Assembly: GCF_963921235.1 (NCBI RefSeq)
Contig: NC_086106.1
Location: 21,328,001 to 21,392,000, forward strand
DNA length: 64,000 nt
DNA from: Mobula hypostoma
Taxonomy: Eukaryota
Direction: 5' to 3'
This document shows positions 62,001-64,000 of this stretch, one piece after another. Each line of letters begins with the position of its first letter. Within the stretch, counting starts at the first letter, position 1. Position numbers and translations under genes: made by a program. The notes beneath the pieces were generated by a model, which was not told the DNA's origin, did not search any database, and saw nothing but the letters and a program-made list of their open reading frames with translations.

Positions 62001-64000
62001 GGAGTGATCACCGAGGGGCGACCAGTTAGGGGGAAAATAAACTAGTGCCACAGATTGCAGTGGAAACCAATTCCGTGCCTAAATTTACCGGTGAAGTTCA
62101 TCGTTTCTGATCGGTCAGGGAATCAAAGGATATGGCGAGAAGAAAGGTGTCTGGAGTTGAGTGGGATGCGAGATCAGCCATGGTGGGTTGGCGGAGTAGA
62201 CACCATGGACTGATTGGTCTAATTCCACTCCTATGTTTTAGGTCTTAGTGAATTGTTGTAGGGGCGGCACGCGGTGCAGGAAGGGCCTTTGTCGCGTTTT
62301 ATATCTATGTGAATAACTAATTCAATAACAAGGATTGTTTGGGAAAATCGCAAGCTCCCATGGCAGCCTGCAGTTTTGACAATTTCCTTCTATCAATGCC
62401 GTTATTCCAGAATAGTGTTCCGTTATGATTAGCACTCCTACCGCAAGCATCGTGTCACGATCACGGACATAATTGTGTAGAGACGTTCGTCATCCTGACA
62501 AGGAAATCGAATTAACTTGGAGATCTTTGGAATACTGACATTAATGATGCGGAAGAGAAATATCCAAACCCATACTGAGGAAAGGTCAGTTGAGTAACAC
62601 AGCATTGTACTTCTGGGTGTTCATCCTGTTGTCGTGGTTCCTTTTCAGTGCGATGCAATTGCAGTACAATTCTGCTGGGCTGATTCAAAGCAAAATGCCT
62701 CACATGCAGTGAACAAACAAGAAAAGTTCTATAAGGTCTGGATGCATGAATGAGCTCTACGTTTTGTGCAATTTCACAATTTCTTTCACACATTTGGTGG
62801 GAGGGTAATGCTGACAAGTACGTAATTCCTAAAAAGTAAAACAAAATTTCGACGTATCACTGTACAAATCTTGATCGATTCATGTAAATCAATTCGTCTT
62901 CACACTTGCCGCTGGTTTTTGGAGCAGTTTCCATATCTGCTGCTTAAAATTTCCAGCAATTGCAGAATTTATTCTCTCCAGGTTTGGTGTTTCTAAATCA
63001 ACAAGATTTGATTAAGGAGCTTCCGGTTAATTAACCTAAATGTATTAGTAGCCATAATACGATAGAAATGTAGCAGACAATTTACGGTATCGAGAAATAT
63101 ATTCCGAAAGTTAATTTCATTCAATGTTGTCATGAACTTCTGGGAAAAAAAAAATCCTGCATCTGGTTTTGTGTAGTGAGCTGATGAAGAATCTTAAGAT
63201 AAAGAACCATTTTTAGGCCGTTGTCACAGTATCATAATATTCTTCCACCAATTTGAGAGGGACAACCTGATATCGATGCCTTGCTTTCAGTAAATATCAT
63301 TACAAATCCATGAGACTGGAGCATGCCAAGTTTGTTCAAAAGGACACGACAGTAGAGCAGCAATGTTTAAGCATTTAACAAGCAGCAGAAACAAAGCAGA
63401 GTTAGTGGTCTTCACCAAGCAGCTGCACAGGGGCAGACCATCAAAATGTGGCCCACCTGTATTCCAGAAAATGTCCTAGCAATCGTAGAAGATTATTAGC
63501 TTTTGAAAGGCGAAGGTGGGGGTTATTCCAGTTGGCTGTGTGACTAGTGATATTTTGCAAGTGTCGTAGTTGTGGTCTCTGCTTTTCAAGTTTTTCATAA
63601 CGGAATACATTGGATTTTTGCCGAGGTTCTGTATGATACAAATATAGGTGAAGTATTGGGTACTGCTGAGTAAGCAGGGAGCATTCACCAGTGGTAGGAT
63701 AAGCTACGACAATGGGCACATAAGTGGCAGATGCACAAACAGTAGGAGTTAGTATAAAATGTAATTTGATCGTTGGAACAACGTCTTTGAAAATATTCTA
63801 AATTAGGAGTGAATTCGAAAATCTCAGGTGTATACAAACCTGATAGTCCTACTTCGTGAACCCTTCACGGTGAACTTGTGTATTGAGTGCGCACCGAAAT
63901 AGGCAATGTCGATTGTAAGGAACAAAATATAAAAGCTGGGATGTTGCGCTGTTTATTTATAATAGCCAAACCGCACTGCATTTGAAGTTTTGAAAAGCTG

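Noticed and set aside
1-64000. Constant-region exons, TCR-delta D/J, IgNAR or IgH clusters, tRNA/rRNA genes, CRISPR arrays or prokaryotic systems
   Set aside because: No C1-set exon, FGXG-type J with a 12-RSS, structured RNA gene or repeat-spacer array was recognised. The J segments splice toward V-type exons and the DNA is clearly vertebrate.

Overview
Vertebrate genomic DNA, AT-rich and repeat-laden, with one 180-N assembly gap at 35614-35793. It is almost certainly from a cartilaginous fish, because it holds a tandem array of NAR-TCR cassettes, a doubly rearranging T-cell receptor delta system known only from chondrichthyans. All immune gene segments are on the minus strand. Each cassette reads: 43-nt leader exon, IgNAR-like V without CDR2 (23-RSS), one D (12-RSS on both sides), one J (23-RSS), a ~1.15-kb intron, then a leaderless 'supporting' TCR-delta V (23-RSS). 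Two cassette types (A and B) alternate in a ~20-kb A+B super-unit. About four copies are present, and the one at ~36.3-44 kb is a doubly deleted relic. By hand translation only one of six NAR V exons (6478-6768) is intact, yet all three full-length type-A supporting V exons are open. All B cassettes share the same stop codons, so B was dead before the amplification. The main unexplained signal is a second, correctly spaced 23-RSS about 55 bp behind each supporting V. No TCR-delta D, J or C is in the window. Spacers hold CR1 LINEs (one apparently full length), Penelope-like elements, a fossil Chapaev3-like DNA transposon and microsatellites. Segment names (A1-A3, B1-B3) are my own labels. Family assignments come from motif recognition, not database searches.
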